From positions 15,725 through 79,724 of IMG/VR virus record IMGVR_UViG_3300032313_001582: 64,000 bases of DNA; one strand, 5' to 3'. Positions within the stretch are counted from its first letter, which is position 1; the number at the start of each line of letters is the position of its first letter. A program made the position numbers and the translations under genes. The notes under the pieces are model-generated. The model did not search any database and had not been told where the DNA came from. It saw only the letters and a list, made by a program, of their open reading frames with translations. Source of the DNA: a virus. This document shows, piece by piece, positions 31,445-40,669 of this stretch.

Positions 31445-34400
31445 ATGAATTACGATAACTATTACAAAAATGGCGGTATGACTAAAGAAGAGTCTATTTC
31501 TGCTATCGCTCTTAGAATTGGTGCAAGAAAAGAAGCAGTCGCCAAATTCGTAGAAGAAAACGACATTGATACTAAAAAAATGAACTCTGACTTGAAGTCG
31601 GGAAAAGTTTATTTCATGGACATTATCACTGCCATCGTTGGAAAACCGAACAATAAATACCAAAAGGAAATCATCAAAAAATATGGTTCTAAAATGGCTA
31701 TGGGTGGTAAAACTCAGGGTTATGATGACCGAGAAGATGAGAGAGTAGGCATGGACTATGGTAAAATTGCAGGTAAAGATTTTGTAGGTAGTCATAGTCG
31801 TATGGAGCATTCTCGTAGAGATGATGCCAGATTTGAAGAAAGAATGGCAAAGGGTGGAGAACTTACCGATGATGATTTCATAGTTGGTGATTTTTATTCG
31901 AACTCTTCTGAAGGTGGCAAATTTAAATTTGTAGGAAAAGATGAATCAGGTCGGTTGCGGTTTGAAGATTCAAAAGGAATTAATAGAATTTTTAGTCCAA
32001 AAAGAATGAATAAATATGCTGATGGTGGCATGATGGCAAGAGGTGGATATGTGAGCAAAGGAGAGTTGGTTTGGAAAAAATTAAGGAAAAGTGAAAGGAT
32101 GAAGTTTTTACACGAAAATTTCACACCACAAATAACACCAAGAAGTCAAGAAACATTAGTGGATAAAGATTATAATTTTCTTCCCAAAAATGTCAAAATT
32201 GTTATGGAAAGTAAATACGCGAATGTAGAAGACTATGCTGATGGTGGCATGATGGCAGAGGGAGGTGAAGTGTATTATGTACGCGATTTTTACCCAAACT
32301 ATGATGAGGACAAAATTGTATCAATTTTGAAGTCTAATGGTCTTAGAAAAGTTCGGAAAGCCAAGTTGTATGGAATGTCAAATCTACCACAAGTAGCAGT
32401 TTTTGAGGGTGATAAAAACAAAGCCCAAGAGATTTTGGAAAAAGAATTTCCAGATAACTACATTTCGATTTATGAAAAAGATTGGGGTAGAAAAATGGCT
32501 GATGGTGGCGAAACTGAGCGTGATACAAATGGTATGTTGTACGCTCTTCAGGAGCATGTTTCAAGCGGTGAAATCGCCAGTAAGACAAATGCTTCAAAAT
32601 ATTCAGACATCGATGAAATCAGAAGCAAAGCGATTCAGTACTACATGGAAAATGGTGATAAACCATATTCGTATGCAGAATTGGAATCTGTGTTGAAGAA
32701 ATTTGACCATACCAAATATGCTAAAGGTGGTCGTGTTTACAAAGATTGGACTGGAAGCAATTCAAAAGAAAATTGGGGTCAAGAAAATTTATATCCAAAA
32801 TATAACAACTCTTTAGATTTAATTGCTGATGTATCGGATTATTATAAAGAACTTTCAAAGGATGTTAGTCAAAATTTTTCTGACGAACAGAAAAACGATA
32901 TGATTGAAGTTCTAAAAACTGGCAAAAAAACATTTAATGATGGTGCAACATTGAAATTTGCTAATGGTGGTCGCATTCAAGAAGAAGATGATTATTTATT
33001 AGGATATGAACCTTATTTTGAAAAAAATGTGCCCATCGCATCTATTGATAGAGAGAATAAAATAGTAAGACCAACATCGGGGTATTTTCCTAAGCATCCA
33101 ATGTCAAAAAAAGCAATCAACTGGGCAAAAAAACACGGTTATGATTACATCGCTGACGGCAAAAAATATGATGATGGAGGCGAAACCGAGCGTAAAGCAG
33201 AGGCACTCAAGACCGCAGTTGAAATTGCAACCATGGCTTACAATAATGGAGTTCGAGCGTCTGACATGTCGTTCGAAGATTTTTCAGATAGAATTTTTGG
33301 TTTGTCAAATACCAGTTATCCCATCGTTGATTTGAGATTGGCGTATCAGTCGATGAAGAATGCAAACTACGCTGAAGGTGGATATATTGATGAAGATGGA
33401 CTTCATGAATTGGCACGATTGGTCATGGATAGTATTGACTATACCGTGAACATCTCTTTAGATGAATTCATCAAAGAAGTTAGCATGACTGGTTATCAAA
33501 GAGAACTTTGTATGTATGTCTTAAACATGTTCAATGAATATGAAAATCCAAAACCTCGTCTTGGTGAAGTTGAAGAGTTTCGTCTTGTAAGAGAAGGTAT
33601 GTTTGAGTATATAAAAAATTATTATCTCAATGAATATCCAACTGATGATTTGGGTGCAGATATAAATCCAAAAGCAGATTTTGATGGTTTGCTTATGGTT
33701 TTAAATGAAGGAGATGATGTTTACGAATATCTTGGTGTTACCGATAGTTTGGTGAGAGAAAGGGTTTTTGAAAAATTGGCTAATATCATGGGTGTAGAGT
33801 ACAATGTAATTTATGATATGTGGTTGTCATCCGATGATAAATTTAAGCAAGGTGGCATAATGGCTAATGGAGGGAAGATTGCCAAGGATGACGTAAAGGA
33901 TAAAATTTACTTCATGTACCAAAAATTTAAACTTGGAATGGGAGATGTTTTTGCAACAATTTTGCCTGAAAATCCAAATGGAGGAAAAATAAAATATGGT
34001 CTTCATATTCGTGACGTAGTTAATAACCCTTCAAGAACTCAAAAATATAATACACAAATTTTTGAATTGGATGCACCTTATTATCCAGACTCAAATGGAG
34101 GTATAAGATATGCTCAGAATCATCCTTATGATGTATATAAATTCAAAGCGATAGGTATGGGTAATCACCTTTTGGTTGTGGAATTACCAAGCAAAGGTCG
34201 CAGAGGATTGAGCGATTTAATTTATGATATTCTCTATAAACAAAAGAATTATGATATTAATAATATCAATAATCAAGATAAAAATATTTTGCCGAAAGAC
34301 TATCCTAATTTTTTCTTGAATGACTTATTTGTTTTCAAGGGAGATATGTTCAATTTGATGCGATTAATGGATAGAATAGAATCGGAATTTAAGTATAAAG

Positions 34401-36931
34401 GAAATAAATTGTATAAAGATAAAACCCCTTATAAAATGACGATTATCTGGAACATTCCAGAATTAAGGGATTATAATAACAAAATAACAACTCCTGCCAC
34501 ATACATACCAATAGTAGAAATCGAAAATGAATTAGAAGGCAATTCAAAAAAATTCGAAGTTGGTGGTGCTATCGAAAACCAATACGAAGGTAGAACCCCC
34601 GAAGACATTTGGGATAGCCTTGACCGTGACCAGAGATACCACTTCATTGACGACCATGCACTTCAAATAGAAATGTTGCAAGATAAAAATTATGATTTTA
34701 ATTCGGACAAATTTCCAGAGTCAATAAGCAATGATTTAGTCAAGAAATCCATGCGCTCTGACTGGAAAGACTTGGATGAAACGATACAAAATAGATTTGC
34801 AAATCATGTTAGAACGGGTGAATACGCCAAGGGTGGTGAAATTCGTTCTCAAAAAGAATTTAATAATCTTGTAGAGGAAAAACGAAGGCTTGTAAAAAAT
34901 CTTTCTCCAAAAGAAGTTGCAGAAATGTGGAATCGAAATACTATTGGTAGCCCAAATAGAATGACCGAAGAAGAGGCTAAAATGTCCAAGGCAAAAATTT
35001 ATTTGTCAGATTTATTAGTCGAAAAAGAATTAACAGAAGCAGAATATAATCAATATTTTGCAAAAGGTGGCATGATGGCTGATGGTGGTGCTATCGAAAA
35101 CCAATATGAAGGTAGAACTGCTAAGGACATTTGGGAATCTTGGAATCATGAGCAAAAAATTCATTTTTTTATAGACCATAAAGAACATACATACTATAAC
35201 ATGGGGGGTAAAGAATTTGTCGTATCTAAAAATGATAGAGAAAAGTATGTAGGTATGAGTTATGATGATTTACCAAAAACTGTAAGACTTATGATTTCCG
35301 ACCATGTTGAAGAAGGTCAATACGCAAATGGTGGTGAAATTGGTTCTATGATAACCTATAAAGGCAGAAAAACAAAAATTTTAGATGCTTACAAGGATAA
35401 AGCATTTGGTGATAGGATGGTTTACAAGGTAAATACACCTTTGTATGAAAATATAAAAAATTCTCCCATGACTAAAACTATAATTACGCAAGATGAAAAT
35501 GGTGAATATAGAAAAATAGAAAGAAGTGATTATGTTGATAAAATGGCTAAAGGTGGTGAAATATCTGAACAAAATAAAATTAACAAAAAGGTTCTTGCAT
35601 TAGTTCAGAAAGCAAATATTGATTCAAAATTAGAATTCGGTCAACTTGTTGTGTCTGCTCTCACTGATGCTAATGCTCATTCTGAAGTTAGGAAGTTCAT
35701 TTCTATCATTGAGAAAAAACCAGAATGGGCAGAAAAGCCAAAAGAGATTGACATGAAATTGCCTCGTGAAGAATATGAAAAACAAAGGGCAAAAACAGTT
35801 TATAGTTCTAAATATTATGATGCAAATGAAGAAATAAATGATTTGGGAATAAAAATCGCCAACATGTTTGGATGGGATTTCGAAGGCATTTTGGATTCAT
35901 TAATTTTTGCTTCAAAAATGTCAGGTCGTAATGATGTTGCAGAAGTTTTAGAAAAACTGAACACTGATGATGATAAACAAGATGCAACAAAAAACAAATG
36001 GGATTACACCGATGTGGATGACATTGAATATGTTGTTGTTAAAGACAAAAGCGGAAAAGAACTCAGGTTTGCTGGAAAGCACGTTTTAAGTGGTGTTCAT
36101 GACCTTCTGGAAAAAGGCGGTAAACTATCTGAAAAAGGTAAATACTATTCAAAAGACAATGTAGTGTCAGTAGTAGTTGGAGGCAAAAACATCATCGATA
36201 AAAACACTGTTTCTGGTGTTTGGATTATGAAAGATGCAAAACCCATCGCGGATGATGTTGCCGACATGAAAATTGGAAAAACTACCATTAGAAAAGGTTT
36301 TAATGGATGGGTTGGTAAAACCATGGTTGACAACTTCAAAGGTTTTGATTGGGATATAACCACAATTAAAACCTCAAGGGGCGATTTGGTGACTACTGCT
36401 CAAGGTGGTAAATCCCAAGATAATAATGGATATAAGTCATTCTCTTTTATGTTGTTCCAAGACCCTAACATTCGTTTGAAAGTTTCCCGTCCAGCCCGTG
36501 TGACTGATAAAGTTGTGTCTGCACAACATGAAGAGGCTTTGAAAGAATTCAAAGAAAGACAGGAAGAAATTGCCGAAATGGTAGACCAGATTCAAGCCAA
36601 GAAAAAAATGGCTGATGGCGGTGCAATCGGATTTGATGCATTGGCAAAAAAGGTTGCCAAAAACTATGAGGGCGATAAAGTAAAGAAGCAATACCAAGAT
36701 GAGTATGGTAAAACATACGACAAGAAAGAAGCCGAAGAAGTTGGTAAAAAAGTAGCCGCGAAAGTGTATCGTCAGCAAAAAGCAAAAGGCAAAATGGCAA
36801 AAGGTGGTGAAACATCCAATTACCGAACTAATAGTAAATTAGCAAGAATTTCCGCAAAAGCCAAAGAGATTCGTAAGGCAAACGAACCATGGAGAGATGC
36901 TTTCAAAAGAGCGAAAGCAATGATTGGCTAA
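31445..36931 (+). CDS. Polyvalent protein 5 (about 23 xxxGG linkers)
   Basis: 1828 aa; repeated [YFML]xxGG, duplicated AIENQYEGRT modules, basic C-terminus. Confidence 0.8.
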   Translation: MNYDNYYKNGGMTKEESISAIALRIGARKEAVAKFVEENDIDTKKMNSDLKSGKVYFMDIITAIVGKPNNKYQKEIIKKYGSKMAMGGKTQGYDDREDERVGMDYGKIAGKDFVGSHSRMEHSRRDDARFEERMAKGGELTDDDFIVGDFYSNSSEGGKFKFVGKDESGRLRFEDSKGINRIFSPKRMNKYADGGMMARGGYVSKGELVWKKLRKSERMKFLHENFTPQITPRSQETLVDKDYNFLPKNVKIVMESKYANVEDYADGGMMAEGGEVYYVRDFYPNYDEDKIVSILKSNGLRKVRKAKLYGMSNLPQVAVFEGDKNKAQEILEKEFPDNYISIYEKDWGRKMADGGETERDTNGMLYALQEHVSSGEIASKTNASKYSDIDEIRSKAIQYYMENGDKPYSYAELESVLKKFDHTKYAKGGRVYKDWTGSNSKENWGQENLYPKYNNSLDLIADVSDYYKELSKDVSQNFSDEQKNDMIEVLKTGKKTFNDGATLKFANGGRIQEEDDYLLGYEPYFEKNVPIASIDRENKIVRPTSGYFPKHPMSKKAINWAKKHGYDYIADGKKYDDGGETERKAEALKTAVEIATMAYNNGVRASDMSFEDFSDRIFGLSNTSYPIVDLRLAYQSMKNANYAEGGYIDEDGLHELARLVMDSIDYTVNISLDEFIKEVSMTGYQRELCMYVLNMFNEYENPKPRLGEVEEFRLVREGMFEYIKNYYLNEYPTDDLGADINPKADFDGLLMVLNEGDDVYEYLGVTDSLVRERVFEKLANIMGVEYNVIYDMWLSSDDKFKQGGIMANGGKIAKDDVKDKIYFMYQKFKLGMGDVFATILPENPNGGKIKYGLHIRDVVNNPSRTQKYNTQIFELDAPYYPDSNGGIRYAQNHPYDVYKFKAIGMGNHLLVVELPSKGRRGLSDLIYDILYKQKNYDINNINNQDKNILPKDYPNFFLNDLFVFKGDMFNLMRLMDRIESEFKYKGNKLYKDKTPYKMTIIWNIPELRDYNNKITTPATYIPIVEIENELEGNSKKFEVGGAIENQYEGRTPEDIWDSLDRDQRYHFIDDHALQIEMLQDKNYDFNSDKFPESISNDLVKKSMRSDWKDLDETIQNRFANHVRTGEYAKGGEIRSQKEFNNLVEEKRRLVKNLSPKEVAEMWNRNTIGSPNRMTEEEAKMSKAKIYLSDLLVEKELTEAEYNQYFAKGGMMADGGAIENQYEGRTAKDIWESWNHEQKIHFFIDHKEHTYYNMGGKEFVVSKNDREKYVGMSYDDLPKTVRLMISDHVEEGQYANGGEIGSMITYKGRKTKILDAYKDKAFGDRMVYKVNTPLYENIKNSPMTKTIITQDENGEYRKIERSDYVDKMAKGGEISEQNKINKKVLALVQKANIDSKLEFGQLVVSALTDANAHSEVRKFISIIEKKPEWAEKPKEIDMKLPREEYEKQRAKTVYSSKYYDANEEINDLGIKIANMFGWDFEGILDSLIFASKMSGRNDVAEVLEKLNTDDDKQDATKNKWDYTDVDDIEYVVVKDKSGKELRFAGKHVLSGVHDLLEKGGKLSEKGKYYSKDNVVSVVVGGKNIIDKNTVSGVWIMKDAKPIADDVADMKIGKTTIRKGFNGWVGKTMVDNFKGFDWDITTIKTSRGDLVTTAQGGKSQDNNGYKSFSFMLFQDPNIRLKVSRPARVTDKVVSAQHEEALKEFKERQEEIAEMVDQIQAKKKMADGGAIGFDALAKKVAKNYEGDKVKKQYQDEYGKTYDKKEAEEVGKKVAAKVYRQQKAKGKMAKGGETSNYRTNSKLARISAKAKEIRKANEPWRDAFKRAKAMIG

Positions 36932-36969
36932 AAAAAAATAAGTAAATTGCAAACTCAAAAATAGACAAC

Positions 36970-37584
36970 ATGAAAAAAATTCAAGATGTATTGGACGAAG
37001 TGGACTTGGACTTGGAAGCACTTCCAGCCCCCACACAAAAACGGGTTCAGACCTACGCACTTTTAGAGAAGCAGTTGATTTCTGCTAAACTCGAATTAGA
37101 AGCATTGGAAGAACCAGACGTTGAAAAACATGAGCAGTATGAAGATTCTGTAAATTATTTCAATGATTACGAAGAAGATGTAATTCAATCAATTCGGGCT
37201 TATGCAGTGCGTTTAGAACAAGAATTGCAAGCAAAAGCAATGAAGGAAAGACGCGATGCTGAATTGAAAGAAAAACAAAATCAAGAAAAAATCAGAGCCA
37301 GAAGAGAACAAGAGGAAAAAGAAAGAAACGCACAGAACAAAGCCAAGGCTGAAGCAGAGGAAAGAGCAAGAAAATCAAAGGCTCAAATGGAATCGGCTCA
37401 AGCCAAAGCAGACGAAGAAGCAAGAAAAGCCAAAGAGGAAGCGGAAGAAAATGCCAGAAAAGAAGCAGAAGAACAAGAAAAATTAAATCAACCGAAGAAA
37501 AAATCGGGTGGATTAGGTTGGCTTCTCGCTGGACTCGGCATTGTAGCCGCGGTTGTAACCTTGGGAGCGACTAAAGACAAGTAA
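36970..37584 (+). CDS. Coiled-coil protein with C-terminal membrane anchor
   Basis: E/K/A-rich helix followed by GLGWLLAGLGIVAAVVTLG. Confidence 0.7.
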   Translation: MKKIQDVLDEVDLDLEALPAPTQKRVQTYALLEKQLISAKLELEALEEPDVEKHEQYEDSVNYFNDYEEDVIQSIRAYAVRLEQELQAKAMKERRDAELKEKQNQEKIRARREQEEKERNAQNKAKAEAEERARKSKAQMESAQAKADEEARKAKEEAEENARKEAEEQEKLNQPKKKSGGLGWLLAGLGIVAAVVTLGATKDK

Positions 37585-37587
37585 ACT

Positions 37588-37779
37588 ATGAAGGTGCAGG
37601 AACAGAAATTTTTGATAGACCCACAACCAGTGAGATTATTGGATGTTTTTGTTGTTGCACCTTTTTTATTTTACACTGCTTACAAATTTGACTTACCAAA
37701 GCCCGTTAAAATGGGTCTTTATGTATTGTCAGTATCAACACTGGTGTATAATGGATACAATTATTTGAAGAACTCATGA
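37588..37779 (+). CDS. Small 2-TM membrane protein
   Basis: 63 aa with two hydrophobic segments. Confidence 0.65.
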   Translation: MKVQEQKFLIDPQPVRLLDVFVVAPFLFYTAYKFDLPKPVKMGLYVLSVSTLVYNGYNYLKNS

Positions 37780-38081
37780 GTTACAAAATAACCCCATATA
37801 CACTTGCTCAAGCAGACAAACTTGGAGTTGTAGTAAAGCCATCAAAGGTTAACGGCAAAAAAATAGATGTTTTTAAAAATGTAAAAGGTCAAATGGTCAA
37901 AGTAGCAAGTGTTGGTGCTTTGGGATATAATGACTATCCTACTTTTATGGAACTGGAAAAAAAGGGAAAATTCCCAACTGGTACTGCTGAAAAAAGAAGG
38001 AGAGCATATAAAAATAGACATCAAAAAGATAGAACCATTCGTGGTAGCAATGGATGGTACGCTGATAAACTTTTATGGTAA
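37776..38081 (+). CDS. Basic protein, DUF5754-like
   Basis: KK.DV..GALGYNDY..RR.AY..RH..GWYA..LLW pattern, recalled from a viral DUF family. Confidence 0.55.
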   Translation: MSYKITPYTLAQADKLGVVVKPSKVNGKKIDVFKNVKGQMVKVASVGALGYNDYPTFMELEKKGKFPTGTAEKRRRAYKNRHQKDRTIRGSNGWYADKLLW

Positions 38082-38086
38082 ATACT

Positions 38087-38665
38087 ATGAATATAACAAG
38101 ACAAAACATCGAAAAAGCAATGAAGGCAAAAGGTTTTGCCTACTTTGAAAACGGAGAATTTAATGTTAACATTATAGGTATCCGAAATGGCTCAACTGGA
38201 AAAAGAGTAACCAATCAATTTGATGATTGGATGACGCTTTCTTATAAAGTAAATGGTGAATGGAAATTTGCTATTTGGAATTGTACCGTCGATAACGGAG
38301 ATGGCTCTGCAAGACTTGTAGAAGGTCAATATAGAGGTAGTTTCACTATTGGTAAACATCAGGGTAAATATGATGCTTTAAAGCAATGTAAACCATTGAA
38401 AGTATATCGTGACTGGAACTTAAAAGATGGTACTTACGATGAGAGTAAGATTTACAACGATGTCGCTGGATTAAACATTCACAAGGCAGGTGCGGATAGC
38501 ATAAATGTAAATAACTGGTCAGAAGGGTGTCAAGTATTCAAAAGAGAAAAAGAATTTTTGGCATTTATGGAAATCATTTTCAAAGCGGAAAAAATCCATG
38601 GGAAATTTTTTACCTATACTTTGATTAACTCGAACGATTTAGACCAAACTTCTAAATTAGATTAA
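38087..38665 (+). CDS. Putative endolysin with L,D-transpeptidase-like His/Cys site
   Basis: GLNIH ... WSEGCQV (H..SxGC motif); followed by holin/spanin-like membrane genes. Confidence 0.6.
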   Translation: MNITRQNIEKAMKAKGFAYFENGEFNVNIIGIRNGSTGKRVTNQFDDWMTLSYKVNGEWKFAIWNCTVDNGDGSARLVEGQYRGSFTIGKHQGKYDALKQCKPLKVYRDWNLKDGTYDESKIYNDVAGLNIHKAGADSINVNNWSEGCQVFKREKEFLAFMEIIFKAEKIHGKFFTYTLINSNDLDQTSKLD

Positions 38666-38666
38666 T

Positions 38667-38945
38667 ATGGCAACTGTTAAAAAACCAACGGCACTACCAG
38701 TTTCGTTTGAACAATTCAAAAAGAACCCCGTAGCCGCGGTTGCATTTTGCATGTTAGCCGCGGTGAGTTATTTGTATTTAGACTTAAAATCTGGATATAA
38801 AGACCAAATAGAAAACCTTAACAAAAAATTAGATTTGTACGATGCAAAAGTTGACAAAATGAACTACGCTCTTAAAAGGAGTGATTCAACTCTCGCTTCT
38901 GCAATTACTGAATTACGAATCATAACCACAGTGAAAAAATTATGA
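38667..38945 (+). CDS. TM + coiled-coil protein (lysis accessory)
   Basis: One TM then a heptad helix. Confidence 0.5.
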   Translation: MATVKKPTALPVSFEQFKKNPVAAVAFCMLAAVSYLYLDLKSGYKDQIENLNKKLDLYDAKVDKMNYALKRSDSTLASAITELRIITTVKKL

Positions 38946-39364
38946 AAAAAGAACTTATTATTTTAATGTTGGCAATTATCGCATTAGATAATATCATGCC
39001 ACTCCAAGCGATACAACAAAAGCCAATAGACGATGTAGAAGCGATGCTAAAAAACATTGAAAACAATTTGAAAATGGCATCACAAGTTACTTCAGTTGCA
39101 AAATCTGCTGGTGAAAAATTAGTAACTGCTAAAGTTCAAGAAAAAGCAGATTTAAAACAGGCAGTTGAAGATGCAAAAGCAGAGGTTTCTAATTTGAAAA
39201 AGCAAAACGATGTATTTGCTAATAAAATGTTAGAAGCAGGAATTGATACTTCGCAAAAAGTAGACAATTTTCAGTTTTACGGTCCTTTGTGGGACGAGTA
39301 CCAATTGTACATCAAGGATGGCGGAACATCCGATTTTGAATATTATAGACTTTATAAAAAATAA
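38942..39364 (+). CDS. Signal-peptide coiled-coil protein (spanin-like?)
   Basis: N-terminal hydrophobic signal, helical body. Confidence 0.45.
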   Translation: MKKELIILMLAIIALDNIMPLQAIQQKPIDDVEAMLKNIENNLKMASQVTSVAKSAGEKLVTAKVQEKADLKQAVEDAKAEVSNLKKQNDVFANKMLEAGIDTSQKVDNFQFYGPLWDEYQLYIKDGGTSDFEYYRLYKK

Positions 39365-39367
39365 AAT

Positions 39368-39607
39368 ATGAATTTAGACTCTTTTTCAAGAAATAGTCGC
39401 TCATTGGTAGCGTTTTTCATCATCATTTGTGGATTTGGAATTCTATTCTCAATCATTTTTTGGGACTTTCCATCAGACCAAAAAGACATTTATTACTCAA
39501 TTGCAGGCGTAGTCGGTACTTTACTTGGATTAGTAGTTTCGTATTATTTTGGAGCAAGTAAAACAGAAACAAATCATGAATCAAATAATTCAAATACTAA
39601 TAAATAA
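39368..39607 (+). CDS. Putative holin (2 TM)
   Basis: Two TMs ending VVSYYFGAS, a common small-holin pattern. Confidence 0.55.
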   Translation: MNLDSFSRNSRSLVAFFIIICGFGILFSIIFWDFPSDQKDIYYSIAGVVGTLLGLVVSYYFGASKTETNHESNNSNTNK

Positions 39608-39678
39608 GATACGACCTTTGTGTAATCCATCTAATTTGAAAAAATTTATTAATTTTGTTTTAAGTAAAAAAAAGAATC

Positions 39679-39792
39679 ATGAATAACAAAATGAATTTCG
39701 GAACTGCAATCATTGGTTTAGCAATCACTTTGGGCACTATCTATGTAGTTGCTTACGTTGCTGGCAAAGGATGGGAAAAAGGAAGTAAATAA
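39679..39792 (+). CDS. 37-aa membrane peptide, absent from the ORF track
   Basis: MNNKMNFGTAIIGLAITLGTIYVVAYVAGKGWEKGSK; TAATG coupling; TAATTTTG element at 39650. Confidence 0.65.
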   Translation: MNNKMNFGTAIIGLAITLGTIYVVAYVAGKGWEKGSK

Positions 39793-40298
39793 TGAAGAAA
39801 GTTTTTGAGGAAATATTGAATGCCTCAAAAGGGGAATATGGTGCTGGTGTTTTGTACGCTGGTGCGGTAGGACTTATACTTTCGGATATAATTCCGACAC
39901 CTGCGAATGCTATTTACTATTACACCGAAAAAAGACTTCGCGAGAAATGGAAAAATGGCGAAATAACTCCAGAAAAGTATTGGAAGAAAACTGCAATGGC
40001 ACATTATCTTTATAGTCCAATGTGGTGGATTTTGGTACTTGCAGTCATTTACAATGTCGAAGGAGATTTGGTTAAAAAAGCCAAAATAGGTTTAGCAGTG
40101 ACTGGTGCTGGTGCATTAGTTGGAATAATTTATAAAACACGTTCTCAGGACATTAATCAAATAAGGGAAGAGGTTTTAGCAACTCAAGAGCCAAAAGTAG
40201 AGTTTGCTGGAACTGAAAAGCCAAATTTAAAAGACCACATGAAATCGGGTCAATATAGACAAGTGATTAGAAGGGGTCAACACATAAAATTCGTATAG
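39792..40298 (+). CDS. Multi-TM membrane protein
   Basis: Three hydrophobic Gly-rich segments. Confidence 0.65.
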   Translation: MKKVFEEILNASKGEYGAGVLYAGAVGLILSDIIPTPANAIYYYTEKRLREKWKNGEITPEKYWKKTAMAHYLYSPMWWILVLAVIYNVEGDLVKKAKIGLAVTGAGALVGIIYKTRSQDINQIREEVLATQEPKVEFAGTEKPNLKDHMKSGQYRQVIRRGQHIKFV

Positions 40299-40299
40299 T

Positions 40300-40659
40300 A
40301 TGGAAAACACACAAAATACAGGAGCGCCATCCACACCAAATTTATCGGCATCCGTAAATGCTACAAAATTATCAAACTCAGCGACTGTTGGAGATGCACT
40401 TGAATCTCCCCCGAACATGGAAAGCGGAGAATCTGCATCTACCCAATCAAGTTCAAATGGTATTGATTTGGCTCAATGGATAACAATAGGACTTGTAGCC
40501 TTGACAGTTGTTTCTTTAATTACTCAGATAGTGGTGAATAGAAGAACTTTAGTCAAATTAAATGAAGAGGATAAGCAACTGAGAGAGGACGTGACCGAGT
40601 TAAAGTTAGAATTTAAAAACTTTAAAGAAAGTCAAACACCAACTCGCCGCGCCGCCTAA
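40300..40659 (+). CDS. Single-TM protein with coiled coil
   Basis: S/T-rich N-terminus, TM, heptad C-terminus. Confidence 0.65.
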   Translation: MENTQNTGAPSTPNLSASVNATKLSNSATVGDALESPPNMESGESASTQSSSNGIDLAQWITIGLVALTVVSLITQIVVNRRTLVKLNEEDKQLREDVTELKLEFKNFKESQTPTRRAA

Positions 40660-40669
40660 TTAAAAACAA

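Noticed and set aside
24123-36931. CRISPR array or DGR suggested by recurring ATGGCTGATGGTGG
   Set aside because: Repeats are short, in-frame and irregularly spaced by 100-700 bp of coding sequence; no cas or reverse transcriptase gene seen
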